DNA of 63,040 nucleotides, filler included, from Octopus bimaculoides (lineage: Eukaryota), in NCBI RefSeq assembly GCF_001194135.2. It is 7 parts of 7 records of this genome, joined end to end, with 100 filler letters (N's around TTAATTAATTAA, not from the genome) between each part and the next. Parts side by side here need not be neighbours in the genome. Positions count along the whole stretch, not along the records: positions 8,901 to 18,753 come from NC_068981.1; positions 18,854 to 43,353 come from NC_068996.1; 5 more parts are not named here. One strand, written 5' to 3'. Within the stretch, counting starts at the first letter, position 1, and every line of letters starts with the position of its first letter. The position numbers and the translations under genes were made by a program. The notes under the pieces were generated by a model. The model ran no database searches and was not told the DNA's origin. It was given only the letters and a program-made list of their open reading frames with translations. Below, piece by piece: positions 11,421 through 25,817 of this stretch.

Positions 11421-12338
11421 AACCACAAGCTATATTCTAACGTGTTTGTCCACTGGAATTTCTTACGCAAGAAATATCAGTTGGATTCAACAAAAAATGT
11501 CTCAAGTTGCTGGAAAGATCAGTTAGAAACAGCAGTCAAATCCCTCTCATTAAATACTGATTATTTAATGAAGGATGAATAATATTGTCCCATCCATACA
11601 AAAACAATAGACTCAATGCTGTGATGCCATGGATCATGGGTCTACAGGAACAGCTTTGGCTCCGGGTTAATGAAAACCATTTAAATTTTTAGTAAGAATA
11701 TTTGCATGCACACACACACATCCACAGATACATGCATGCATGTGCGCGTGTGTGTATCTGTGGAGGAATGTGTGCGTGTGTGTGTGCGTGTGTGTGTATA
11801 CATGTTTATCTTTGTGTGAGTGAAAATGTTCGTGAGAACGTGTGGGGTGGGGGAATTCATTTTCTTAATCAAGGAACAGAAAGTAAGAAGATTGTGGTGA
11901 CGGTGCCTCTGAGAAATGGCGTTGGTCATCAACAGAGCTACGCTAATTCAATAGACTTACGACCAATGATATTCCAACTGTGACCATCCTTATAAATTTT
12001 GCGTACAACAATTCCTCTTTGGAAACTGACCGCTTATTTATTTATTCATTTTGAGACAAATAAATGTATATGGTAGATTTGGTTGGTGTTTCTACTTCCT
12101 TTAGTGACCACGTAGGGGATATTTGTGTTGTTGATACAGAGATATATATGCATACGAATATGTGCACAAATATATGCAGATACGTATATACATATATACA
12201 TACACACACATGCATATATATATATATATATATATATANNNNNNNNNNNNNNNNNNNNNNNNNNNNNNNNNNNNNNNNNNNNNNNNNNNNNNNNNNNNNN
12301 NNNNNNNNNNNNNNNNNNNNNNNNNNNNNNNNNNNNNN

Positions 12339-12382
<44 letters not shown>

Positions 12383-12670
12383 CCATCTAAGTAATGCTGT
12401 TTAAATTCCAATGAAAGAACTCTTGTTCCCGGCTAGAAATCAGGCCATTCTATGGAGATGAACGAAACTGGAAAACATACACAGGTTCAAACACATTGTA
12501 CAATCATTCGAGCACACACGCAACACATACGTAGAAGACACACACACGCACGCACATATACGTTTAGATACGTATTTCATATATAGACACACACACACAC
12601 ACGTATGTTTAAATACGTGTCTCATATATATACATATATATATACACATATATATGTATGTATGTATATA

Positions 12671-12735
<65 letters not shown>

Positions 12736-13314
12736 TGCAAATGACCTACGTATATATACATACACACACAAACATTTATTATTATTTATACTATTAGTAT
12801 TATCATTGTTATTGTTGTTGTTGTTGTTGTCGGGGTACTTGTTGGTGTGACCGTAGAGGAGATCGTGTTACTCAGAGGGAAATAGACGGTGAATGTAACC
12901 GCCGTAGGAGTTTCGCCGTCAACAGCTCGTCTGACAGCTTGACATATTGTTGGCGGTAACACTTCGAAGTCACTATCACCATTTACTTAGCGTCTAATGA
13001 AATATTTAGTTTCTGCTCGTGTATCGAGTTTGTTTGTTAGTATAGGTTACCACACATACATTCAAACACGTAGGTACATACACATTATAAATATACAGAC
13101 ACATATACCCATGTCACAGAGGAACTTGGACCCTAAATCATGTTGGCGATGATGACGGTGATGATGATGATGTGTGTGCGCGCGTGCGTGTTTAGATATA
13201 GAAACGTGTAAGTAAAAGTATACAATACGTTATACAGAGAACGGGCCGAACACACACACACACACACACACACAGAATTCTTGGTCGAGTGAATCAACCA
13301 CAGTGCTTTTTTTT

Positions 13315-13580
13315 TTCATTTGTAAGCATCATAGTTATTCTATCGGAATCTTTTGCCAAACCGCTAAGTTACGGGGGTGTAAACACACCAACACCGCTTG
13401 TAAAGCGCTAGTGAAGGACAAGCATACCACAAACAAATACACACACACTCACACACACATTCATACACATACGGTACCGGCTTCTTTCAGTTTCCATCAA
13501 CGAAATCCAGTTACAAAGCTTTTGGTCACCCGTGGGCTATAGTAGAAGACACTTGTCCAAGGTTCCACACTCGCTCGCGC
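13315..13580 (-). mobile_element. OR1-like SINE, truncated
   Basis: Reverse-complement similarity to 10974-11364. Confidence 0.75.
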
Positions 13581-13581
13581 C

Positions 13582-13619
<38 letters not shown>

Positions 13620-13797
13620 NNNNNNNNNNNNNNNNNNNNNNNNNNNNNNNNNNNNNNNNNNNNNNNNNNNNNNNNNNNNNNNNNNNNNNNNNNNNNNNNN
13701 NNNNNNNNNNNNNNNNNNNNNNNNNNNNNNNNNNNNNNNNNNNNNNNNNNNNNNNNNNNNNNNNNNNNNNNNNNNNNNNNNNNNNNNNNNNNNNNNN

Positions 13798-13818
13798 CTA
13801 CGCTCTTCAACAGAAAAG
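13798..13818 (-). ncRNA. 5' half of U6-variant hammerhead motif (family 1)
   Basis: Minus strand reads CUUUU-CUGUUGA-A-GAGC-GUAG, then enters an N gap. Confidence 0.45.
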
Positions 13819-13903
13819 AAAAAGCGGTTAAAAAAAAGAGAGAGAATTTTAAAAAATCGAAAAAAAACATGTGGAGTTCAGCGGTCCATCATATATATCT
13901 ATA

Positions 13904-13947
<44 letters not shown>

Positions 13948-14332
13948 TGTATACATAAATACATATATATATACATATATATACATACATACATACATAC
14001 ATACATACACACACGCATATACAAATGTTTGTATGTATGTAGGTAAGTAGATATAGAGTAACCTATATATGTCTAGTAATATATTATTTAGGTTGTGTAT
14101 ATGGAATCGCGGAAGTTCAACTCAGTAGATGAATTGAGCGCGTATTTTACGTCTGCAGCTACTTATACACGCTATATACACACATGTACATTCAACACGT
14201 AATATTTATATACACAAAATACATATAAAATGTAATACACATTCACACGCACGCCTACCTTATCATAAATACCATATATTTTCTGCTATTATATAAACGG
14301 GTGTAAGTTTGTATTTTTAAAGCATAAAGAAG

Positions 14333-14389
<57 letters not shown>

Positions 14390-15409
14390 CGTGTGCGTGT
14401 CTTTTCTCATACATACATATATGCATATATTCATACACACACATGTATATCTATTTATGTATGTGAGAGAGAGAGGTGGGAGCAACAAGTCATAAATCAT
14501 AGCTCGTGGTTTGGGATATAAATTGTAAAAGACATTTACGAGTAGTAAGCTAGAGATGGCTCGAATCCTGGGGGAGGCAGTTCTTCTCTTGATAATAACA
14601 AATGTTTTACATGTATTATTACGTATTGTGTACATAAACATAACGTGTGTTTGTATATATATATATATATATATNNNNNNNNNNNNNNNNNNNNNNNNNN
14701 NNNNNNNNNNNNNNNNNNNNNNNNNNNNNNNNNNNNNNNNNNNNNNNNNNNNNNNNNNNNNNNNNNNNNNNNNNNNNNNNNNNNNNNNNNNNNNNNNNNN
14801 NNNNNNNNNNNNNNNNNNNNNNNNNNNNNNNNNNNNNNNNNNNNNNNNNNNNNNNNNNNNNNNNNNNNNNNNNNNNNNNNNNNNNNNNNNNNNNNNNNNN
14901 NNNNNNNNNNNNNNNNNNNNNNNNNNNNNNNNNNNNNNNNNNNNNNNNNNNNNNNNNNNNNNNNNNNNNNNNNNNNNNNNNNNNNNNNNNNNNNNNNNNN
15001 NNNNNNNNNNNNNNNNNNNNNNNNNNNNNNNNNNNNNNNNNNNNNNNNNNNNNNNNNNNNNNNNNNNNNNNNNNNNNNNNNNNNNNNNNNNNNNNNNNNN
15101 NNNNNNNNNNNNNNNNNNNNNNNNNNNNNNNNNNNNNNNNNNNNNNNNNNNNNNNNNNNNNNNNNNNNNNNNNNNNNNNNNNNNNNNNNNNNNNNNNNNN
15201 NNNNNNNNNNNNNNNNNNNNNNNNNNNNNNNNNNNNNNNNNNNNNNNNNNNNNNNNNNNNNNNNNNNNNNNNNNNNNNNNNNNNNNNNNNNNNNNNNNNN
15301 NNNNNNNNNNNNNNNNNNNNNNNNNNNNNNNNNNNNNNNNNNNNNNNNNNNNNNNNNNNNNNNNNNNNNNNNNNNNNNNNNNNNNNNNNNNNNNNNNNNN
15401 NNNNNNNNN

Positions 15410-15452
<43 letters not shown>

Positions 15453-18076
15453 GTGTATATGGGTGTTTTTTAATGTATATTATATATACACTATATATAT
15501 GTTTATGCTCTACATATATATATATACATGTATATATATTCTTGTGTGTATTTGAAAGATTTACATAGGTATGTATGTGTATGTATGTATTTTCTGTGTA
15601 TTTATCGAATTGTTATAAATATATATATGTATTTATATATATATATATCTTTATATACACAGAGTGTGTATATGTATATATGTGTGTATGTAAATATTGT
15701 ATATCGGTTTGTTTAAGACGGTATATGCTTTTATGTAAACATACTGTCAATCACTTGACATATTTCAATGAATATATATACACACACATATATATATATA
15801 TACATCGTTTCATGTATCACATCTTGGTATAGATTTAAGTGTATAAACAGATCTACCTGTATATATATAAATGATATATATAATTGTATATGTTTATGTG
15901 TGAAGTTGTTTTAAGATATAAAGACTTGTATGTGCATATACGTATATATATATATATATTGACGCCTTGCGTGTGTATATTAAAACAGTTGCCGGCGATG
16001 TTTAAGTACGTATGTATTTAAAATACATGTATGTATAAAATTTGAACGTATAATAAACATTGTATTGATATTTGTCTACAGATAAATTCTTCCTCATTGA
16101 GCCTTTTATATGTCACCGAAAATACGTACATGTAACACACATATATACATATATATATGTATATATATATGTATATATATATATATATGTATGTGGTTTT
16201 GCGAGTTCCTGTTTATTTATATATCGTATACTATTAACCTTCCGAATTTATATACGTGTATATATATCCAGTATATATTGGTGCAGGAACATGTGTATAT
16301 AATGTATATGTATTTAAAATGTTTTAAAATGCCGGCACGGTATGTTTAAATTAAAATTTGTAGAAGTATTGCGTAAGCTGATCATTTTTGCTCTTCCTTT
16401 ACACACACACACGCGAATGTATTTTAGTTGTGTGCAGAGTAATTATAATGATAATAAATTACATATTCATAATGCTAATTAACATTAGTAATTATGTCTT
16501 TAAATTAAATTTATCCCAAAGTATCCGTGCCGTAGTCGTTACTGTGTAGAGGCAATTTACCTTGTGGAATTTTTATGTTAAACCAAAATATATACCGCCG
16601 ATGCGTCTGATAATTCTGTTATGTAAATATACACCCGTATATGCGCATGCACATATATATATATATATATATTTATATATAATACGTATGGGTATGTGTA
16701 TCTTCTGTACGTAATATACAAAATATGAAAGAATAAATTAATGAAAGCAATAAAATTCTTACAAGTATGTATATATAGACGTTTTAAAGTGCATACACAA
16801 CCGTGTATATATGTGTATGTGTGGTACTTGTGGGTGGATGTGAAGACGGTATAAAGTTGCGTATACTCACTTTGATTTTACGCACACATATATATACACA
16901 TATACATGAATGTACCTACGTAGGCCGCAATGTAAGTGTATATATATTATCTGGCTGACCGATGTACGGTTTCAACATCTTGTAGTGGTATCGTTTTGGC
17001 GTCAATTCAACGCAACATGTAATATAATATGTGTGTGTGTGTGTATAAATGTAGACTATGTATATATGTATGCGTGTCACTTGTTACTGTAACTGCGTGT
17101 GTCTGTATAAATGTACACAGGCGTAAATATATATACACATATATGTACGCTTATATTTATGAAAACGAGTGTATATATAAAGATAGGAATATGTGTGTCT
17201 GTAGTTTGTACTATATCAATCTTATCGATACCTATACGTAGATGTATAGAATGTATGTATATGTCCCATTTATGTGTGTGTGTATATAATTATATGAGTA
17301 TGCACGTATACGTTTGTGTGTGTAAAAATATATGTGAATGTATATTATGTATATATAAATGACATATATATATATAAAGTGTGTGTGGGTATGTGTGTAT
17401 TTCTGCGTGTATGTACGTATTATATGTTGGTGTGTGTTTGTGCGATTATCCAAAGGTTATATAAAGATAGACAGAATTAATATGGCACTCCGTTGCTTTG
17501 TATTCCGTGTCACAAGATAGGGTGGGGGTGGGGGATCAAAATATCATGGGGCAGCAGCCAAAAGAAACAAATATCATATATATATATGTATATAGAAATC
17601 GAAGCCAGAAATCAAAATGGTACTTGTTCGATGTCCTGTGGTAGTTACACTGAGTAATGTTGGAGGGTACTGTGAGGTAACTGTGGTACCCTCACTTGTA
17701 CACCAACCAACACTGACCGACGAATGATACAGTTGACGGGTGGTTGGTGGCAGGAGGTTGTTCGGGGTATCAGGGTACTTCAGCACAGAGGTACGGTAAT
17801 AGTCCAGTCGGTTAAAAAGCAGAAACTACCGTAAGCCGCTCTCTGTTGCCACTTGGTGATGATAGCACTAGTAGTAGTAGTAGTGGTGGTGGTGGTAGTA
17901 GATGTAAAAGCAGCAGTAGTAGTAGTCACTGTAGTGGTAGTGGTTGATAGCTATGAAGGTGATAGTGGCGCTGATGGTAAGGCGGCGCCTGTTAAGCTCT
18001 CGTACAAGTCCGCCTTCCTCCGTTTTCTTCCAAGCATTGACAAAAACAATCCAGAGAAGCGTGTGTGCGCACGTAC

Positions 18077-18123
<47 letters not shown>

Positions 18124-18315
18124 NNNNNNNNNNNNNNNNNNNNNNNNNNNNNNNNNNNNNNNNNNNNNNNNNNNNNNNNNNNNNNNNNNNNNNNNNNNNN
18201 NNNNNNNNNNNNNNNNNNNNNNNNNNNNNNNNNNNNNNNNNNNNNNNNNNNNNNNNNNNNNNNNNNNNNNNNNNNNNNNNNNNNNNNNNNNNNNNNNNNN
18301 NNNNNNNNNNNNNNN

Positions 18316-18381
<66 letters not shown>

Positions 18382-18712
18382 ATTTGTGTGTAGCTAACCA
18401 AGGAGAGAGGTCTTTCTTTGTAGATCCTGTTGTGATGTTGTTGTTACTGCTGCTGGTGTGCCGCTGCTGATGCTGTTGTTATTGGGGGTGGAGAAGGAGG
18501 AGGAGGAGGAGGAGGAGGTGATGGCGTTGCTGCTGCTGCTGCTGTGGTCGTTGTGGACTAGATTAGCTGTCGGGGGTATCTCATTGACAAGTTGCCTCAA
18601 CAGTAGTTCGCTGGTATGTAGATATATGCGTATATACATGCATCCATACATACATACATACACGTATATCTATCTATCTATATATATATATATCTATGTA
18701 TCTATCTATCTA

Positions 18713-18753
<41 letters not shown>

Positions 18754-18853
18754 NNNNNNNNNNNNNNNNNNNNNNNNNNNNNNNNNNNNNNNNNNNNTTA
18801 ATTAATTAANNNNNNNNNNNNNNNNNNNNNNNNNNNNNNNNNNNNNNNNNNNN

Positions 18854-19180
18854 AAGAAGAAGAAGAAGAAGAAGAAGAAGAAGAAGGGGAAGAAGAAGAA
18901 GAAAAAGAAGAAGAAGAAGAAGAAGAAGAAGGGGGAGAAGAAGAAGAAGAAGAAGAAAGGGAAGAAGAAGAAGAAGAAGAAGAAGAAGAAGAAGAAGGAG
19001 AAGAAGAAGAAGAAGAAGAAGAACAAGAAGAAGAAGAATAAGAAGAAGAAGAAGATGAAGAAGAAGAAGAAGAAGGAGAAGAAGAAGAAGTAGATAGTGA
19101 TAATAGTAATTATTCTAATAATTATTAATATTGTTATTAGTATAATTATTACTATCATTATTATTATTATTATTAATGTC
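18854..19180. repeat. (AAG)n followed by (ATT)n
   Basis: Visible simple repeats. Confidence 0.95.
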
Positions 19181-19429
19181 ACTACAAGGACAAAAAACAA
19201 CCACGACAACACTAACAACAATCATAGAAAGAAAAGTAAGAAAACCAAGAAAGCCATCGTGACTTTAGGAAATAGGAAAACTAGCCAGAACATTGAAAAT
19301 AATAAGAATGCAATAGCGCCAAAAGGAACAATTCATTACACAACAGCGCTACCACCATCACTACCACTGACAGTAACAATACAAGCAAACAATATCGATA
19401 CTAATAATAATATTGCCTGTGTGTGGCAT

Positions 19430-22340
19430 GAAACATCATCTATTTGTGGCGTCTCGACTTGGGATGAATAAGGTTACCCTTAACCACAACTACCTTCAGG
19501 TCACCATTGGACATAGTGTTGTACCTGTAGCCACCCCGACCCTTGATATACCGGGATGGAGTCTTGTGGGGTTAGGTCTGTCTCGTGTATCCGTTTAGCC
19601 TTGGTCGGCAACACCTCTCGAGATGGAGTCTCAATAAAAAACCAATGACTATATTACCTTATCACCAAAACCCTCACGAATATAACTGTCAAATATTACG
19701 TATTATATAACGGCATGAATGTGGTAGGCGTAAACGCTCTGAGCCTTGGTTAGTAACCCACCTAGTGATGGTGTAGGATAAAAATGTTGGTGATTGCACA
19801 ACCTTACAAATGTAACCTCTAAATGAGTGATGTCAAGATCAAATAATAAACACAATTGCACTAACGGGACCTGGAAATATTAACGGTGAACGTGTTGCGC
19901 AGAAGCAAAGAGTGTCTGATCAACTCCGACAGGTCGTCATCAAGTTATAGATCAGGACCAGAATTGAAGTGAAAAGAGCAAAAATGAAATAATTAAATGA
20001 GAAAAAGCGGTAAACTGTACAGTAATAGAATGATGACTGAGAAGTATGCCAAATAAATGAGGTTGCACGAAAGGAATGAAGAGAATATGGGATGAAAAAT
20101 ACTTTTTGAAGCATCTGGCAAGCGACTGATAGACCAAGCAGGAACAATTCGTATGAACGACTGGGATACAGGATTAGAGATTGAAGAAATCCAGAGAAGA
20201 ATAAAAAATGAGAAAGCAGAGATAGAAACAGCAGTAGCAGAAAGTGGCTTTGAAAGAGTACGAGATGAAGAATATGAAAAAGAAGTAAATCACTTCCTAA
20301 GATTGCCTGATGAAGTAAATAGCGAATATGATCTTGCTGGATAAGTGACAGTAACTGCTGCACAAGAATGACGAAGAGGAGATTCTTGAAATTCTGTCAG
20401 GTAAAATGTGTGATGGAAACAATGAAGTACCACCAACAGTAAGGTGTAGGGATAGAGGGAAAGTAAGGAGAACCACAGCCAAAATAATAACGTTTTGAGC
20501 TTGATTAGAACAAAAGCCCTTAGTGAAACAAACCAGCTGATCATAACTGCTGCTAATGCAGTAGCTGACAAAATAGGATACCAGCAAAGAACTGACGAAA
20601 TAAAAGGAAATGAAAATAAAGAAAGAAACCAGAGGATGTGAATACGAATGAAGTTGGAAAAGACTCGGAAAGAACTGGGGCAACTGGATGAAAGAAGAGA
20701 TAAAGATGAAGGGGGCAATCAGAAAATTGAATGGACAGCACAAGTTAGAAGAATTGTCACAAAGGGTGACAGACAGCCTTAAAGGTCAAACGAAAAAGAT
20801 ATGGTGCTAGATGCAAATACTTTAAACAGAATAGACAGTTCCAATAATATAGACGCCATCTTTTTGAGTAGAGGGGAAACATCAGGAAATGATTTCTGAT
20901 GCAGGAAAAAATAAAATATTTTAAAGGATCCGCTCTGGATGGAGCTCAAGACTACTGGCTGAAGGACTTTACAGAGTTGCATGAAAAGATGAAAAGATCG
21001 CTGCACAACTGGAAGAATGCCTACAGCATGGTCATGCCCCTACCTGGATGACAAATGGACGAACGTTGCTATGCCTCAAGGATCCCTTGAAAGGTAACGT
21101 GGACTCAAATTTTCGCCTTATAACCTGTATACCACTTATGTGGAGGCTTACGACTGGTTTCTTGGCGGAAAAGATATATAATTATTTAGAAAGTAACAAT
21201 TAACAATCTACTTCCAGAAGAACAGGAAAGATGCGGGAAACAAAATAGGGCAACAAAAGACCACTTATTAGTTGATAAAAAAGATAATTAGAAATTGTAG
21301 ACGTAGATTGACAGAATTGAATGTAGCATGGTTAGATTACAAAAAGCATATGACATGGTACGACACAGTTGGATAAGTTAACAATGAACATGCTGGAGTG
21401 GTAGAAAATATGGAGAAAATGGGTAATGAAAGTATGAAGAAAATGGGTAATGAAAGTATGAAACATTAGAATACGGAAGATTGGAGGAAAACAAAGACTT
21501 AGAAGACTGAACATCAGACGTGGAATAGTTCAAGGTAATCACCACTATTTGTATTAGCCAATATACCGGTCATTTTGATATTGCGTAAAATTAGAATAGC
21601 TTACGATTTGGGAAAAAGGATATGGTTAGATATATCATCTCATTTATATGGATGATATAAAGATTTATGTAAAAGAATGAGAAGCAGCCCGAAAGTCTTA
21701 TACATACTGTTCGCAAGTTCTCAAATGACTTAGGATTGGAATTCGAGATAGAAAAGTGCGCTATGTTGAAAGTGAAACTAGGAATATTTGAACGAAGCCA
21801 GGGAATTAAAATGCCAAATGGGAAAACAATGAGAGCGGTTGAGAAAGGACAGTGGTATAAGCACATGGGGATATTGGAATCAGGTGAAATAAAGTGGTAT
21901 AAGCACATATGGATATTGGAAGCATGAAGAAATAAGACAAATTACCAGTAGAGAGTATACTAGAAGAGAGAAAATTATAGTAATGAAAGCTAAATGCAAA
22001 AGATGTTATTGAAGCAATTAATGCAAGAGCATTACCCCTAATCAGATATGGAGTTGGAATTATAGACTGGACCAAAAACGACATACAGAAACTTAGAAAA
22101 AAAAGAAAGCAGTTGACTACCCCAAAGCTGATATCAACCGGCTGTACCTGAATATAGACCAATGTGAAAGAGACTTAACTGCCGTGGAAGAGTGTACAGA
22201 TTGATAGAAAAAAAAGCTACTAGAATATTTACAGAACATCACAGAGAAACTACTAAATACAGTGAATATGGGACAGGTGATCAAATGTGGAATAAGAGAA
22301 AAGGACAAGAATGAAATTCAAAGAGAGCTTGTTAGACAGA
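19430..22340 (+). mobile_element. R4/Dong-like non-LTR retrotransposon relic (N-terminus and RT; C-terminus not recognisable)
   Basis: Peptides KRLIDQAGTIRMNDW..LEIEEIQRRI, PTWMTNGRTLLCLKDP...NFRLITCIPLMW, LPEEQ, WLDYK-AYDMV, YMDDIK and EFEIEKCAML, with many stops and frameshifts. Confidence 0.8.
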
Positions 22341-23679
22341 TATGTACTATGGCCGAATGAATTGACTATAATCATTGCTTGCGAATGTTTAATCCTGTCC
22401 TAATGTAACTAATGTACATATGAGCTGATTTTCCTTTCCAGTGGACCGATATTCATAGATATGAATTTCAAAAACAATGTTAAGAGGATTTAAGGAAATG
22501 TTTCTTTGAAGAAAGATGCTGAACAGTTGTATGTATTGCTTAACTGTCGTAGCAATTGAACACAACATTGCAAGAAATCAGAAATACAACTGTTCCTTCA
22601 TAGAATCTACTGAACCAGTGTAGAGTGCCCATGAATTTGGACGAATGTAGTCAATTATAACGATAGCCAGGTACACAGTACAACATTTGTAATAAATCAT
22701 AGACTCCCACTCTATCGATCCTCTACCCTAACCATCGGCCACTGGTATCTCAGTATCTGAACAGCACAAGATTTTTAAAGTTTGCACTTAAATTTACTAC
22801 TATAAAGTTATTTCTAGCTACCAGGATGTAGCCTAGCAATCTGGATGCAGTGCATTTATTTATTTATTTATTGTTTATTTATTCATTCATTATTGGTGAT
22901 AATATGATTATTGTTGAACAGGTTCACTGGAAATCGTATGAACCACGCTAGTGGTAGAGTAGCAAAAAAGATAAACTTATTATTGGAAAATCTCTGGCTT
23001 CCTGGTCCTATTTTTCTGTCGGCTGCTATCTTCCCAGCAACACACGTTTTTTCTCTATCATTATTTATCCCTTCCTCTTTTTCTACTCAACTCACTCATC
23101 CTCTATATATCTTTTACTTAACAGATTAAAACTACGATAAGCTTAGCAATTCTCAGACACGACATTAGCTAGATAAGACGGAATCTTTCTGTGAGCTGAT
23201 ATTTATAAGATAGCGGGTGGATTGGTGGAATCGTTAGGGTGTCGGGCAAAATACCTGATGGTATTTGCTTCGACTATTTCCTTTCTGAGTTCACATCATG
23301 GTAGACCAACTTTGTCTATATCTTATTCAGTCGAGAAAATTAAGAAACAGTAAGTACTGGAGTCTAAATTAACCGACTAACACTCTCAAACGCGCTCTCT
23401 CCTTATATCTATTCAAGAGTTATGAGATGACAAGGGCAGCTGGCTTTGATAAATAAGTATTGAAGAAAAAGATCAAAGAAATGATGTTAGTAGCATAACG
23501 ACAGCCTTAATGGCAAATTAGATTAACGGAATGATATAGCTCAGTAGGTCCAGTCACCTAAATAATGCATGTGACAGCGTAGATGAGAATACTGCTATTT
23601 TCACTTTAGAATGCTGGTGAGTTCATAAGCAGTACAAAGGCTTAGATATGACGAAACTGGTGCCATACTTGTTTGGCAT

Positions 23680-25090
23680 TTTTGCAAGAAGCTAAGTTTT
23701 AGTTGCCTGACAGAAAGCTATGATCATTTGATGGAGGTAAAAAACAAGAAGTGCTCGAAAACCATTGAATTGAGGTTATTATGAGGTTTTACTATAAAAA
23801 AACGATGGATCAAATCAAGTTGGCTTTTGTCGTAGTTGACATGACTTGCTCATTTAATACCACAATTAAAAATAAGGAAAAGAAAAATCAAAATATTGTT
23901 AACAATGTCGCCATCCTATCAGTTATCGTTGGGATTTTAGGAACAGTGAAGTTGTGATGAAGTATATAAGAGTAAAACTTGGAAAACGAAGTCTTAATCT
24001 GGGAGTAGGTGAAATGCAGTAGCCTCTTTTCCTTGGATTAGCAAGACACTTCGGAAAGCTCTTGATACAAGTATAGGACAGGTATGAACAGCATGGGACT
24101 AAATATGTGTATTGTCCTAGATCACAGATTTTGGAGCCATTAGAAAGTAGAATGAAACTGTCCACAGCCTCGAGACTATGTAACAGTATAACGACAACAA
24201 CAACAGCATAAAAATTAAACGGCTAGAAGAAAGTGGATAACTTCTGAGGCAACGGAGAAGTTTTTGGCGGCACCAGAATATGGGGATACAGTGAGCCATG
24301 CACAAACGATTAGGGAAAGCTTTTGAAACAATGTGTTCATACTATACTGTGCCATGGACGAGAAGAGAAGGACTGAAGTAGCTAACCAGATAAAGAAAGA
24401 ATAGGTGAAAAATGCATTAAGAAGTTGGTACAATGTAGCCAACAGAGATGGGTGCCTTGTGGGAGAATTCTGTGGTTGGGCAAAAGATAAGATAGAAATA
24501 AATTTAGTCGTAGGAGGCAACTAGAGTCAGTTTTCTGGTTCACTCCACCTATGACATGCTTCATAGTCTTGCAAACCTAAAGCGTGGATGAGGCAAATAC
24601 TCTACAATGTATTACTAGGTCTAGAACACATGATGGTATCATCAAATATTTAGAGTACTGGCTGGTGTAGTGGCGGAGAGGATAAAGGGAATAAACAGCA
24701 GCGAAGGACTACAAGTAGAGAAGCATAAGAGCATAATGTTTTGCAATGAAGGTGAACACTACAAGTTACCTACTGCAAGGAAGAAGAATGATTGACTTGG
24801 GTGTCGTCTGTTACCCTTCCCATTTTTTACCGCCAAAAGACCCAAACCTATGTGGTGCAAAGAAATGAACGTTTAAAGCCAAAGAATACTGTAAGTCAAA
24901 CAAATTGGTTGAACCCTGTAGAGGTAGGTGTTAGCAGATTTGTTAGAACCACAGTTCATTCGATACTCAGGAGTCTTGGACGGATTGCAAAGGAGACAAA
25001 AGAGGTTGCCAGAAATTATCAGAATCTGCTGAGGAAGCAAGCTATTACAACTGGCTGAAAAGATAAGACGAGTGGCGCTGCAAGATCGGG
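23680..25090 (+). mobile_element. HERO-like (restriction-like endonuclease) non-LTR retrotransposon C-terminal relic
   Basis: RVSFLVHSTYDMLHSLANLKR (~24523) and PVEVGVSRFVRTTVHSILRSLG (ORF 24792-25058) resemble HERO-clade post-RT and RLE motifs. Confidence 0.6.
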
Positions 25091-25576
25091 TGTTGAACAT
25101 AATAGAAACATATGGTCAAGAGTTGCAAATTCTGACAACAACGTTCATTACTGTTGTAAGACAGATTCATCGTCTACAACGTCGTTAGTATTGGGCTGTC
25201 GCAGCGGAGGGAAAATACCTATAAAGCTGCTTTATCATCTGACATTGACGCTAAAATAAACACACACACACACATCATACAAGCACATACAAGCACACAT
25301 ACACACACACACACACACACATACACAAACACAAACACACACATCACACAAGCACACACACACAAACATGCGCGCACACAATATAAGAGGGCTTATATCT
25401 ATATGCGTCTCATTGCAAAGCCTACATACGTTACCATGCACTTCTTGTCAAGTGATTTTGAAACATGAGTAAGGATAAAACTGGCTATTTTGTTGTACGA
25501 GAAGCATAACAATGCTTGAAAGCACTTTTACCCCGCAAGGCTTATAGAGACAAATGTTTGCACAATACGATTACCG

Positions 25577-25817
25577 AGCTGGCAAAGGCGGCGAGTTGGC
25601 AGAAACGTTAGCACGCCGGGCGAAATGCTTAGCGGTATTTCGTCTGCCGCTACGTTCTGAGTTCAAATTCCGCCGAGGTCGACTTTGCCTTTCATCCTTT
25701 CGGGGTCGATTAAATAAGTACTAGTCACGCACTGGGGTCGATGTAATCGACTTAATCCGTTTGTCTGTCCTTGTTTGTCCCCTCTGTGTGTAGCCCCTTG
25801 TGGGTAGTAAAGAAATA
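25577..25817 (+). mobile_element. Full-length OK-like tRNA-derived SINE
   Basis: B-box-like GAGTTCAAATTCC. Perfect 15-bp TSD ACAATACGATTACCG at 25562-25576 and 25818-25832. Confidence 0.92.

Noticed and set aside
17655-17695. let-7-like TGAGGTA within a GAGGGTAC/GTACCCTC hairpin
   Set aside because: The match ends after 7 nt and lies in the loop, not on a stem arm.
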